Shown piece after piece: positions 8,302 through 16,757 of a DNA stretch of 38,607 nt (positions are counted from its first letter, which is position 1; each line of letters starts with the position of its first letter). Under the pieces are notes generated by a model that worked only from the letters and a program-made list of their open reading frames with translations, ran no database searches and was not told the DNA's origin. The stretch covers positions 1-38,607 of the forward strand of contig CAZLVZ010000001.1 in the NCBI GenBank assembly GCA_964563465.1. Reading direction: 5' to 3'. The DNA comes from an uncultured Candidatus Saccharibacteria bacterium (lineage in GTDB: Bacteria > Patescibacteriota > Minisyncoccia > Minisyncoccales > PEYH01). The translations under genes were made by a program, and so were the position numbers.

Positions 8302-8688
8302 CTACAGCAATTCCCTTAATAAATGTTCAAGGATACAGTCTGCCGTTTTCGCATTGAGGGCAAGTGGTATCTTTTCTGTGATACACATTCTTATTAATGA
8401 TTGGACATCGTGTTCGTGCCCATGGGCTGTTCTGGTGTCAACAAAAAAGATCAAGGCATCTATTTTATGTTCTAAAATGCTATAAGCTACCCTTATGTCG
8501 CCACCATTCGGACCGTGACCCAAATCTTTCACATTTAAGCCAGTGATTCGGCTAATTTCTTTAGCTGTGCCACCCGTCCCTACAAGGTTGAATTTTCGTA
8601 AACTCTCGTAATTCTGATTTGACCATTCAACTATCTTTAATTTTCTTCCATCGTGGGCAACCAAACCTATGACAATTTTCTTTCGCAT
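8302..8688 (-). CDS. mgsA: Methylglyoxal synthase
   Basis: IGLVAHDGRK...LVGTGGTAKEI...GPNGGDIRVAYSILEHKIDALIFFVDTRTAHGHEHDVQSLIRMC matches MgsA. ATG at 8688 is preceded by AAGGGGGA at 7 nt spacing. The track start 8730 is a TTG extension. Confidence 0.85.
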   Translation of the reverse strand: MRKKIVIGLVAHDGRKLKIVEWSNQNYESLRKFNLVGTGGTAKEISRITGLNVKDLGHGPNGGDIRVAYSILEHKIDALIFFVDTRTAHGHEHDVQSLIRMCITEKIPLALNAKTADCILEHLLRELL

Positions 8689-8781
8689 TATTAATCCCCC
8701 TTTGCGGATTTTTTTAAATCTTGTGTTCAAAAACTAACATTTCAAAGAGCTATTTCTTGTCTCCTTCCTTGAGACATTAGA

Positions 8782-8809
8782 ATATTACCACCTTTTCTGA
8801 AAAAGTCAA
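8782..8809 (-). promoter_or_regulatory. Candidate mgsA promoter
   Basis: - strand TTGACT, 16 nt, TAATAT with TGG just upstream (extended -10 like). Leaves a ~90-nt leader. Confidence 0.4.
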
Positions 8810-8842
8810 GAGTTTCTCTTTTTAAGAATTGAGAAAAATCTG

Positions 8843-8916
8843 TGTCCCTGGCGCGATTTGAACGCGCAATCTTCGGCTTCGGAGGCCGATGTTCTGTCCA
8901 GTTGAACTACAGGGAC
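8843..8916 (-). tRNA. tRNA-Arg (anticodon CCG)
   Basis: Cloverleaf read directly: acceptor GTCCCTG/CAGGGAC, D arm GTTC-AACTGGACA-GAAC, anticodon arm TCGGC-CTCCGAA-GCCGA, variable AGATT, T arm GCGCG-TTCAAAT-CGCGC, discriminator A. 74 nt, no encoded CCA. Confidence 0.9.
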
Positions 8917-9644
8917 TTTTCTGATTTCTGGGCAACTAAAAATATATTCTTGCCTTTTTTGGAACGCTCAAGAATTCCTTTTTCTTTTACAACAAATCCT
9001 ACGCGCTGAACTAATTTCTCTATCTCTCTCTCGGAAAAAATATGGATATATCTTTGTGTTAATATCTTTCTTTTACTATCTTTCCACGGATAAAAAATAT
9101 CTTTATAGTCAAGTTTTAACTTGCCGATTAATTTAAGTAGGGTATATTTGAATAAGAATCGTTTTGCTTTCGGATCATTGTTCAAATCCCAAACTGTCAG
9201 CACGAGTTTCCCTTTGGGTTTAAGAATTCTTTTAATTTCTTTCAAAAAATCCTTTCTGAATTTCCTTGATGGAATGTGGTGCAAAACGGCAAGACAAAAC
9301 ACTTTGTCAAAAAAATCATTTTGAAAAGATAGAGTCAATGGCTCGCTTACGCTAAATTTTCCGCTACAATATTTCTCTCTGGCAATCTCAATTAATTTCT
9401 TTGAAGTATCAATCCCATAATAATCCGCTTTGTCCCCGACGATCTCTAAAAGTCTGCCGTTGCCACAACCTAAATCAAGAATCTTTTCTCCTGTATTAAT
9501 ATATTTTTCTAAAATCGTAAAATCAGGGGGAATCCAATTTCTTTTTTTATTAAAAATATTGGCAATTTTATTATAATCGTCTTGATTCTTTTTTAATAAA
9601 AATTTTGCGTACTCTTGTTTCATAATATTTACCATTTCAGGCAT
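8907..9644 (-). CDS. Class I SAM-dependent methyltransferase
   Basis: Motif I ILDLGCGNGRLLE, then FDKVFCLAVLHH and LKPKGKLVLTVW (Methyltransf_11-like). Confidence 0.8.
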   Translation of the reverse strand: MPEMVNIMKQEYAKFLLKKNQDDYNKIANIFNKKRNWIPPDFTILEKYINTGEKILDLGCGNGRLLEIVGDKADYYGIDTSKKLIEIAREKYCSGKFSVSEPLTLSFQNDFFDKVFCLAVLHHIPSRKFRKDFLKEIKRILKPKGKLVLTVWDLNNDPKAKRFLFKYTLLKLIGKLKLDYKDIFYPWKDSKRKILTQRYIHIFSEREIEKLVQRVGFVVKEKGILERSKKGKNIFLVAQKSEKSL

Positions 9645-9647
9645 TTT

Positions 9648-9680
9648 CTCTCCCGCCCTCCTGCTTGGAGGGCGGGAGAG
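9648..9680 (-). promoter_or_regulatory. Perfect 14-bp GC-rich hairpin containing the methyltransferase SD
   Basis: CTCTCCCGCCCTCC-TGCTT-GGAGGGCGGGAGAG. On the - strand the 3' arm ends GGGAGAG-AAA-ATG (start 9644). Confidence 0.5.
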
Positions 9681-9763
9681 GGTGTGAAGATGTATTTTTG
9701 TTTCATAACATTTACTTACCGCTCCAGTCTTCTCTTATTAAGTAGTTGCGAAAGCGGAAAAAT

Positions 9764-11344
9764 ATGACAATAGAAGAAAAAATTATTATTGCCTTTTATG
9801 AAGAATCGATAAAAAATCGGGAAATTTTGGATAAATTAAAGCGCAAATTTGCTAAAAAAGAAAAATCTAAAATGTCCCCCAACTCCCTATTATTAAAAGC
9901 TTATCATGGCTTGATTAAAGATAAAAGAATTAAAAAAGATTTAAAAATAGAAGAAGTTTTGAGAATCAGAAAAATAAGGTCTCTTTCTGGAATTGTTGTT
10001 GTCTCGGTTCTGACAAAACCTTTCCCCTGTCCCGGAAAATGTATTTATTGTCCCAAACAGTTAGGTGCGCCTAAAAGCTATCTTAAGGGCGAGCCAGCCG
10101 TATCTCGCGCCATCTCTCTTAATTATAATCCCTATAAACAAGTTCAAGTTAGAATCAAAGCACTTGAAGCAACCGGACACCCAACCGACAAAATTGATTT
10201 AAGGATTATCGGTGGCACATGGTCTTTTTATTCTAAAAATTATCAAACTTGGTTTATAAAAAGATGTTTTCAGGGGGCAAATAATTATCTCAAAATAAAA
10301 AAAGAAAGAAAAACGTTAGACCCATTGCAAAAAGAAAACGAAACTGCAAAACATAGAATTATTGGAATAACCATTGAAACGCGACCTGACTTTATAAATA
10401 AAGAAGAAATCAAGCGACTAAGAAAACTTGGCGTGACAAGGATAGAACTCGGGGTGCAGAGCGTTTATAATGATATTCTAAAAATTAACAGAAGGGGACA
10501 CGACATAGGGGCAACAATCAAAGCAACAGAGTTATTAAAAAATGCAGGATTTAAAATTTGTTATCAAATGATGCCAAATCTCTTGGGCTCCAATCTAAAA
10601 CAAGACGAAGAAATGTTTGAAGAACTTTTTAAAAATCCAAAGTTTCAACCCGATTACTTGAAAATTTATCCTTGTGCCTTATTAAAAGAAGCCCCGCTCT
10701 ATAATGTTTGGAAAAAGGGGAATTACAAGCCATATACAACGGAAGAATTGCTCAAACTTTTAATTAAAATTAAAAAACTCATTCCGTATTATTGCCGAAT
10801 TCAAAGAATAATAAGAGACATCCCCTCTTATTATATAGTAGAGGGTGGAACAAAAACTTCTAACTTGCGACAGATAATAGCAAAAATTGCCGAAAAAGAG
10901 GGTTGGCGTTGTAAGTGCATAAGATGCAGGGAAATAAAAGAAAAATATGATCCAAAAGAAAAACTCTATCTTTTTAGAATAGATTATGAAGCATCAGGAG
11001 GAAAAGAAATATTTTTAAGTTTTGAAAATAGAGATAGAACTCATCTCTTTAGCTTACTTCGTTTAAGAATTCCAGGACAAACTGTTTTGCCGATTCTAAA
11101 AAATACAGCAATTATACGAGAACTTCACACTTACGGACAATTGGTTCCTGTTGCTAAAAAAGAAAAAGCTCCTCAACACAAAGGACTTGGTAAAAAATTA
11201 ATGAAGGAAGCGGAAAAAATTATTGAAAAAGAATTCGCTCTAAAAAAAATCGCTGTTATCTCTGGTGTAGGAGTTAGGGGGTATTACAGAAAGCTCGGTT
11301 ATAGATTAAATCAAACATATATGATAAAATTATTAAAGAATTAA
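9764..11344 (+). CDS. Elp3-like radical SAM + GNAT acetyltransferase (tRNA wobble uridine modification family)
   Basis: Radical-SAM cluster region CPGKCIYCP, ELGVQS, and a C-terminal GNAT with HKGLGKKLMKEAE. ATG at 9764 preferred over the TTG at 9746. Confidence 0.85.
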   Translation: MTIEEKIIIAFYEESIKNREILDKLKRKFAKKEKSKMSPNSLLLKAYHGLIKDKRIKKDLKIEEVLRIRKIRSLSGIVVVSVLTKPFPCPGKCIYCPKQLGAPKSYLKGEPAVSRAISLNYNPYKQVQVRIKALEATGHPTDKIDLRIIGGTWSFYSKNYQTWFIKRCFQGANNYLKIKKERKTLDPLQKENETAKHRIIGITIETRPDFINKEEIKRLRKLGVTRIELGVQSVYNDILKINRRGHDIGATIKATELLKNAGFKICYQMMPNLLGSNLKQDEEMFEELFKNPKFQPDYLKIYPCALLKEAPLYNVWKKGNYKPYTTEELLKLLIKIKKLIPYYCRIQRIIRDIPSYYIVEGGTKTSNLRQIIAKIAEKEGWRCKCIRCREIKEKYDPKEKLYLFRIDYEASGGKEIFLSFENRDRTHLFSLLRLRIPGQTVLPILKNTAIIRELHTYGQLVPVAKKEKAPQHKGLGKKLMKEAEKIIEKEFALKKIAVISGVGVRGYYRKLGYRLNQTYMIKLLKN

Positions 11345-11354
11345 TTATAAAAAT

Positions 11355-12122
11355 ATGTTTGAATTTTTTGTCCCTGTATTAATTTTCTTCTTTGTTTTAT
11401 TTTTATCCGGCATAAGGATTATAAACGAATATGAAAGAGGCGTTATTCTAACTTTTGGTAAATATACTGGCACAAAAACGCCTGGCTTCCGATGGATTTT
11501 CCCTGCGATTCAAAAAATGATAAAAGTGGATTTACGAATTACCACGGTGGATGTGCCAAGACAAGAAGCAATTACAAAAGACAATCTTCCTGTTGGAGTT
11601 AACGCAGTTGTATATTTCAGAGTCCAAAAACCTGAATACGCTGTCTTAAAAGTAGAAAATTATCGCTATGCAGTTTCTCAATATGCTTTGGCTGCTCTAA
11701 GAGATGTCATCGGCGGGGTTGATTTAGACACTCTATTAGTAGAAAGAGATAGGGTTGCAACAGAAATTAAACAAATAGTTGATACTGAAACAGATCCTTG
11801 GGGCATAGACATCACGGCAATAAAAATGCAGGACATAGAATTGCCTGCGGGAATGAAAAGGGCAATGGCCGCCCAAGCAGAAGCAGAGAGAGAGAAAAGA
11901 GCAATTGTTATTAAATCAGAGGGTGAAATAACTGCGGCTAAAAATTTGAGTACTGCGGCCGGATTGCTTTCGTCAACGCAAGGCGGTTTATCGTTAAGAA
12001 CCTTGGGAACAATTGATAATTTACAGCCGGACCCATCAAAAACCGTTATCTTCGCTTTACCAGTAGAAATTTTAGAGGGATTTAGAAGTTTAATATCAAA
12101 GAAAAAAGATATTGCTGCTTAA
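11355..12122 (+). CDS. SPFH/band-7 (stomatin-like) membrane protein
   Basis: N-terminal TM then RIINEYERGVILTFGKYTG...VDLRITTVDVPRQEAITKDNLPVGVNAVVYFRV and an AEAEREKRA coiled region. Confidence 0.9.
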   Translation: MFEFFVPVLIFFFVLFLSGIRIINEYERGVILTFGKYTGTKTPGFRWIFPAIQKMIKVDLRITTVDVPRQEAITKDNLPVGVNAVVYFRVQKPEYAVLKVENYRYAVSQYALAALRDVIGGVDLDTLLVERDRVATEIKQIVDTETDPWGIDITAIKMQDIELPAGMKRAMAAQAEAEREKRAIVIKSEGEITAAKNLSTAAGLLSSTQGGLSLRTLGTIDNLQPDPSKTVIFALPVEILEGFRSLISKKKDIAA

Positions 12123-12901
12123 CGAACTTCTTTCAAAAATTCTTGGACTAATTTTACTGTTTGATCGCTTTTCTTGTAAAAAGCTCTCCAAAGAACAACA
12201 ATGTCAACATCATTAAAAATAGCTCTCTGAACTTCCTGAATAGTATCGCCACCGGCAACAGATAGCATTATGTCGTAATTGCTTTTAATCCGCTGAATCT
12301 CGTGATAGGGAATCTCTTTTTCTCGATTATAATCTTCCTCATCAACTCCTCGATGTAATATCACTACATCGGGGATTTGTTTTAACTGACGAAGAATATT
12401 CAAGGGAAAACCAACATTCATCATATCAATCATTGAATCTAATCCCAATTCCTTACATTTTTCAATAAAAGCGTCTAATGTTTCAATCGGAGCATATCCC
12501 AAAGCAGTTGCAGCGCTTGCTCCTCCTTGTTGGGCAATTTCAACTTCTGTCAATCCTCTATCCATACATTTAAGGTCAGCAACAATATATGGGACTATAG
12601 CTTTATTCTCTTGGTTTTGATTATCAATAATCCTTGTTCGCTGATTTTTCTTTTCTCTCAAAATTTTGTAAAGAGAAATTAGGTCCGTATCCTGCTTACT
12701 TTGAATCGTTACGCCCAGAACTCTTTGTTCCCACAATCTTTTTATTGTTCTTATGCCGTGAATCCCATAATTTTTAATAAAAGGAGTGCCAGCTTCAACA
12801 ATAATCCGTTCGTCTAAAGGAATTTTTGAAATAATGTCCCGAGCATCCTCTATCGTGCTATTAAGGGCAATTTGTAAATATTTCTTCTTTTTATTTAACA
12901 T
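12119..12901 (-). CDS. 3-hexulose-6-phosphate synthase / OMP-decarboxylase-family barrel protein with an internal insertion
   Basis: LQIALN...IIVEAGTPFIK...IVADLKCMDRG...SVAGGD...DIVVL follows the HPS pattern (LQxAxD, ADxKxxD, AGG). About 45 extra residues lie before the ADLK strand. Confidence 0.55.
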   Translation of the reverse strand: MLNKKKKYLQIALNSTIEDARDIISKIPLDERIIVEAGTPFIKNYGIHGIRTIKRLWEQRVLGVTIQSKQDTDLISLYKILREKKNQRTRIIDNQNQENKAIVPYIVADLKCMDRGLTEVEIAQQGGASAATALGYAPIETLDAFIEKCKELGLDSMIDMMNVGFPLNILRQLKQIPDVVILHRGVDEEDYNREKEIPYHEIQRIKSNYDIMLSVAGGDTIQEVQRAIFNDVDIVVLWRAFYKKSDQTVKLVQEFLKEVR

Positions 12902-13071
12902 ATTTTTGGATTAATGATGTGGCTATATGTTAATTTTTATTTTTTTTGAATAACTTTCTTTTTATCTCGCATTTTTTAGAAATAAAACGAGATGGAGTTC
13001 TAAATTTTAATTTGCCTTTTCCTGCTTTTTTTGAAGAATATCTTTTCATACCTGTTTTAATCTATAATATC

Positions 13072-13095
13072 AAAAAACTGGCCCTTAGGCCAGTT
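13072..13095 (-). terminator. Rho-independent terminator after the Lys-rich ORF
   Basis: AACTGGCC-CTTA-GGCCAGTT hairpin followed on the - strand by TTTTTT. Confidence 0.6.
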
Positions 13096-13122
13096 AATTG
13101 ATTATTGATAATTAGTCGTTGA

Positions 13123-13365
13123 TCATTTCTTTTTTAAAATATTCTTCTTTGTTTTGATTGTCTTGGGCTTTTCTCCTGTCTTAGTTGTTGTTTTTTTCTT
13201 TGGCAAAACAGATTCCTTTTTAACGGGAATACTTTTATCAAATCTTTTATATAAATCCGCAATCATTTCTTTTTGTTTCCCCGAATCTGAAATTTCTCTA
13301 CGAATACGAGCTTTTTGAAAACGAATGAATTTTCTAACTGATTTAGATAACTTTTTCTTTTCCAT
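13123..13365 (-). CDS. Hypothetical Lys/Arg-rich small protein
   Basis: 80-aa ORF with its own downstream terminator. No family recognised. Confidence 0.4.
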   Translation of the reverse strand: MEKKKLSKSVRKFIRFQKARIRREISDSGKQKEMIADLYKRFDKSIPVKKESVLPKKKTTTKTGEKPKTIKTKKNILKKK

Positions 13366-13469
13366 TTTTTTTAGATTATAAGAAGTTTTTATTGCTTAGA
13401 GACATTACTCTACCAGATATTCATAAAAAAGTCCAGAATGATTTTCCTTAATTATGGAATATTAATTTT

Positions 13470-14822
13470 TTAGTCCACATCTTCGAATAAAGGAAAAATT
13501 AATACAAATTTTGAGCCAACGCCTTTGATGCTTTCTAATAAAATTTTACCTTTCATTTTTGAGCAAAGCTGTTTAACAATCCATAGCCCCAATCCTGTTC
13601 CCTGAATATCCGCAGTCTCTCTATTCTTTACTCTAAAAAATCTTTCAAAAAGATTTCTTTGATTTTCGGCGGAAATCCCGATACCCGTATCAGCAATTGT
13701 AATCAAAAGTTTGTGTCTCTTTTCGTCTTTTTTTACGATTATGTTTATCTCTCCTTCTTGAGTATATTTAATGGCATTATCAATAAGGTTATAAATTATC
13801 TCCTTAAAACGATTAAGATTAGCATTAATCTTTGCTTGTGTATTGTCAAAATTTAATTTTATCTTAAGATTTTTTCCGTCAGCCTTAATTTTTAATTCTT
13901 CTGCAATCTCTCTAATGTTCTCCGACGGCACAATGATTTCTGGTTCAAAAGAAAGTCTATTCTGTTCAATCCTTATTACATCAAGAACATCGTCAATAAG
14001 ACTATTAAGTCGTTTAACAGAAAATTCTACTCTATTTATGTCGGCCTGCTCTTGACTGTTCAGGGAAGTAAAGATTTCTTGTTTAAGTTCAAAAATATAA
14101 TTTTTGATATTAGACACTGGCGAGCGTAATTCATGAACCGCCATATTCATAAAAGTATCTTTTGCTTTATCTGTTTGGCGAATTTTCTTAAATAAATCGA
14201 CATATTGGAAGAGGCGAGTATGCTGAACTATTAAAAATAAAATTAGAAGAATGATACATAATACAAAAATATACGCTTCTTGTAATTTTTTTGTGACCAA
14301 GGTGTCAACTTCTTCCAAGGACAAGGCAATGCTAACAAGTCCCATTTTTTCTCCCTTAGTGTTATAAAATGGTCTCACTATATTCCAAAACCTTATACCT
14401 TCTTCCCTACTTAAAAAAGCAAGAGCTTCGTCCTTGTGCCAAGATAAAGTTAAAGAAGTTTTTGAAATTTCCTCGCCTTTTTCTTCTGCCAAGCGCGAAG
14501 CTAAAATCCTAAAATTATCTCCATCTGCTGGTAAAAAAACCCTTAACTTAGAAAGGTCTGGGTTCGTCTCTATTAAAAGAGCTATTTTTTCTTGCAATAT
14601 TTCTGGCTGGTTATAATAATCGAAAATATATGGTGATAAAATATCCTGCGCCATCATTGCCTGTTTTTGTAGAGTTAAATCGACTTGACTCTGAAATGAT
14701 TTTGCCAAAAAAGAAACAACAGAAAAAACCAAACTTGGAATTATTATAATCAAAAGTAGAGAAAAAAGTAGTCCAGGATTTTTTTTAATAAAGGATACCC
14801 CTTTTATTAAAAAGCCAAACAT
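13470..14822 (-). CDS. Membrane sensor histidine kinase
   Basis: Two TM segments flank a ~150-aa extracytoplasmic region. HisKA H-box AVHELRSPVSNI. HATPase_c with DNAIKYT, DTGIGI, GTGLGLWIV. Confidence 0.85.
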   Translation of the reverse strand: MFGFLIKGVSFIKKNPGLLFSLLLIIIIPSLVFSVVSFLAKSFQSQVDLTLQKQAMMAQDILSPYIFDYYNQPEILQEKIALLIETNPDLSKLRVFLPADGDNFRILASRLAEEKGEEISKTSLTLSWHKDEALAFLSREEGIRFWNIVRPFYNTKGEKMGLVSIALSLEEVDTLVTKKLQEAYIFVLCIILLILFLIVQHTRLFQYVDLFKKIRQTDKAKDTFMNMAVHELRSPVSNIKNYIFELKQEIFTSLNSQEQADINRVEFSVKRLNSLIDDVLDVIRIEQNRLSFEPEIIVPSENIREIAEELKIKADGKNLKIKLNFDNTQAKINANLNRFKEIIYNLIDNAIKYTQEGEINIIVKKDEKRHKLLITIADTGIGISAENQRNLFERFFRVKNRETADIQGTGLGLWIVKQLCSKMKGKILLESIKGVGSKFVLIFPLFEDVD

Positions 14823-14823
14823 T

Positions 14824-16698
14824 TTATTTCTTAGATTTTTTTACTGTTTTTGCCGTCTTTTTTACTTTCTTTTTTTTGAGTGGAAAAAGGATAGCATCAG
14901 ATTTTCTTTTATTCAAAACACCAACCAAAACAAGGGCAACTCCAATCGCTAAAACGATAATTGCTAAAGTAAGAACGACAAAACTCCTTTGTAAAATTTC
15001 GTATGGAGAAGCAACTTCTTCCATGCCCTTTCCAGATTCCTTTGCCCAAACCTCTGGGATAAGCTGTAGTATATTCGCTCCTGATTTTATAAAATTAAAT
15101 GCCTCCGATCGTGCAGTAATTTCCCCCTGATTATTGGTTAAAACTACATATATTTCATGTTCTCCTGAATCAATTGTTTTATCTAATTCATAAACCCACC
15201 TACCATCGGCGTCAGTTCTTGTTACAACTACCGTGGGTAGAGAAGAATAGATATAAAGAGTTAAGAAGGTATTTGGAAGTCCTCTTCCTTCAATGCGTAA
15301 AATCTGATTATTGGTATTTTCAGATATTCTTGTTCTCGCTGTTTCTACAATAAAAATTCCTTCTCTTTTTGGCTCAACCCTTCTAGGGTCTTGATATACA
15401 ATCTTGTCTTCTTTAGAAAAAGTTAAAGGATCAAATCCGGCCACCACTTCTTCCCCGTCCAAATATCCATCTCCGTCGCTGTCTGGGTTAAAAGGATTGC
15501 TACCAATTTCTATTTCAAAAGAATCGGGCAAACCGTCGCTATCACTATCTTGTAATATTTGCTTGTTGAGTTCTATTTTTGACTTTTCTACGGTAGAAAC
15601 TTTTGTTTCTAATGTTAAAATCTTTTCTTTAATTTTTTCCATTACATTCGTCTGCATATTTGATATTCTTTCTGAATTTTCAATTCTTTCTTTAATTGCC
15701 TCCAACGGCTTAACGGCACTTTCAATAATCTCTTGCTTCTTAGTTTCTTTTTGTATCTTAACTTCTGATAATCTTTTTTGTTTTTCCTCAATTTTATTTT
15801 GAATTTCTTCCTTCGTTTTTTCTTGATTTTCTATCATTACCCTCTTCTCTCTCTTTATTGTCTCTACTTTTTCATCTTTAATGCCCGGAAGCCCGATGTC
15901 TTCAAACCCCTTTAATTCTTTTTGCTTTTCTTTTATCTCTTTCTCTATTTTATTTTTCTTTTCCGTATTTTTAGTTATCTCTTCCTCTAATTCGTTTTCT
16001 TCTTGGATACTTTCTGCGATATCATCTATCCCTGCTTCAATTGTTGTTCCTGCTTCCTCTATTTCTCCTTCTATCTTTTCTTGCTCCTCTAATTCTATGT
16101 CCGAATTTTCTTCGCTTGCTAATTTTGTTGAGTCAGAAATTTCTTTGATTATTTCTTCTGTGGCCAGATTAATTATTTCTTCTGTGTCCGCTTCTCTTTT
16201 TTGAAGCTGATTATTAATATTCTCTAACTCTCTTTCTCTCTCTTTTAATCTATCGCTTTTTTCTGCAACATTCTCAACAATTACTCCAATCCTCTGACTT
16301 TCATAATTTCCGTAATCGTTCGTAACTTTAACAAAAAATTGATAATCCCCATTCGGAGTATTAAGCGTATTCCAGGAATAAACCCATTGTTGACTTCCTT
16401 GAGAAATTCCTTTTCCTAAATATACATTAACCAAAGAACCTTCTCTGTTGACATAGAAATCAACACTTATCGCTTCTTTAATCTTTATCGCTACTTTTTC
16501 TTCTCCATCTAATCTCTCGTCTTTTTTGGGATGAATAAAAGATATATCCGGAGTCATGTCAATGGAAGAAATGTTTTCTGCTTTTTTAGCATTACTGCTA
16601 CTAAAAAAATTATTGTTCGTGCTTGTGTCACCAAGAACAAAACCACCAGAAATAAATATTAAAACTATTAAAATAAAAAAGATTCTTTTTTTACTCAT
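14824..16698 (-). CDS. Membrane-anchored surface protein: signal/TM, Ig-like region, long E/K coiled coil, Asp-rich Ca-binding-type repeats, C-terminal TM + Lys tail
   Basis: 624 aa. N-terminal IFFILIVLIFISGGFVLG, then ~250 aa of E/K-rich heptad-like sequence. DSDSDGLPDSFEIEIGSNPFNPDSDGDGYLDGEEV resembles thrombospondin type-3 repeats. C-terminal VVLTLAIIVLAIGVALVLVGVL followed by a K-rich tail. Confidence 0.6.
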   Translation of the reverse strand: MSKKRIFFILIVLIFISGGFVLGDTSTNNNFFSSSNAKKAENISSIDMTPDISFIHPKKDERLDGEEKVAIKIKEAISVDFYVNREGSLVNVYLGKGISQGSQQWVYSWNTLNTPNGDYQFFVKVTNDYGNYESQRIGVIVENVAEKSDRLKERERELENINNQLQKREADTEEIINLATEEIIKEISDSTKLASEENSDIELEEQEKIEGEIEEAGTTIEAGIDDIAESIQEENELEEEITKNTEKKNKIEKEIKEKQKELKGFEDIGLPGIKDEKVETIKREKRVMIENQEKTKEEIQNKIEEKQKRLSEVKIQKETKKQEIIESAVKPLEAIKERIENSERISNMQTNVMEKIKEKILTLETKVSTVEKSKIELNKQILQDSDSDGLPDSFEIEIGSNPFNPDSDGDGYLDGEEVVAGFDPLTFSKEDKIVYQDPRRVEPKREGIFIVETARTRISENTNNQILRIEGRGLPNTFLTLYIYSSLPTVVVTRTDADGRWVYELDKTIDSGEHEIYVVLTNNQGEITARSEAFNFIKSGANILQLIPEVWAKESGKGMEEVASPYEILQRSFVVLTLAIIVLAIGVALVLVGVLNKRKSDAILFPLKKKKVKKTAKTVKKSKK

Positions 16699-16757
16699 AT
16701 GCGTATAACAAAATTAATAATTATTATATTATAAACACTTATAAAAAATTAAGCTAA

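Noticed and set aside
12930-13049. 39-codon basic ORF on the - strand (MKRYSSKKAGKGKLKFRTPSRFISKKCEIKRKLFKKNKN), vaguely ribosomal-protein-like
   Set aside because: No convincing match to bL35, bL36 or bL32 motifs. It lies only about 20 nt downstream of a terminator with no recognisable promoter or SD. Cannot be supported from sequence alone.
15404-16204. Ser/Phe-rich + strand ORFs inside the coiled-coil gene
   Set aside because: Antisense translation of GAA/AAA-rich coding sequence gives TTC/TTT runs. This is an artefact.
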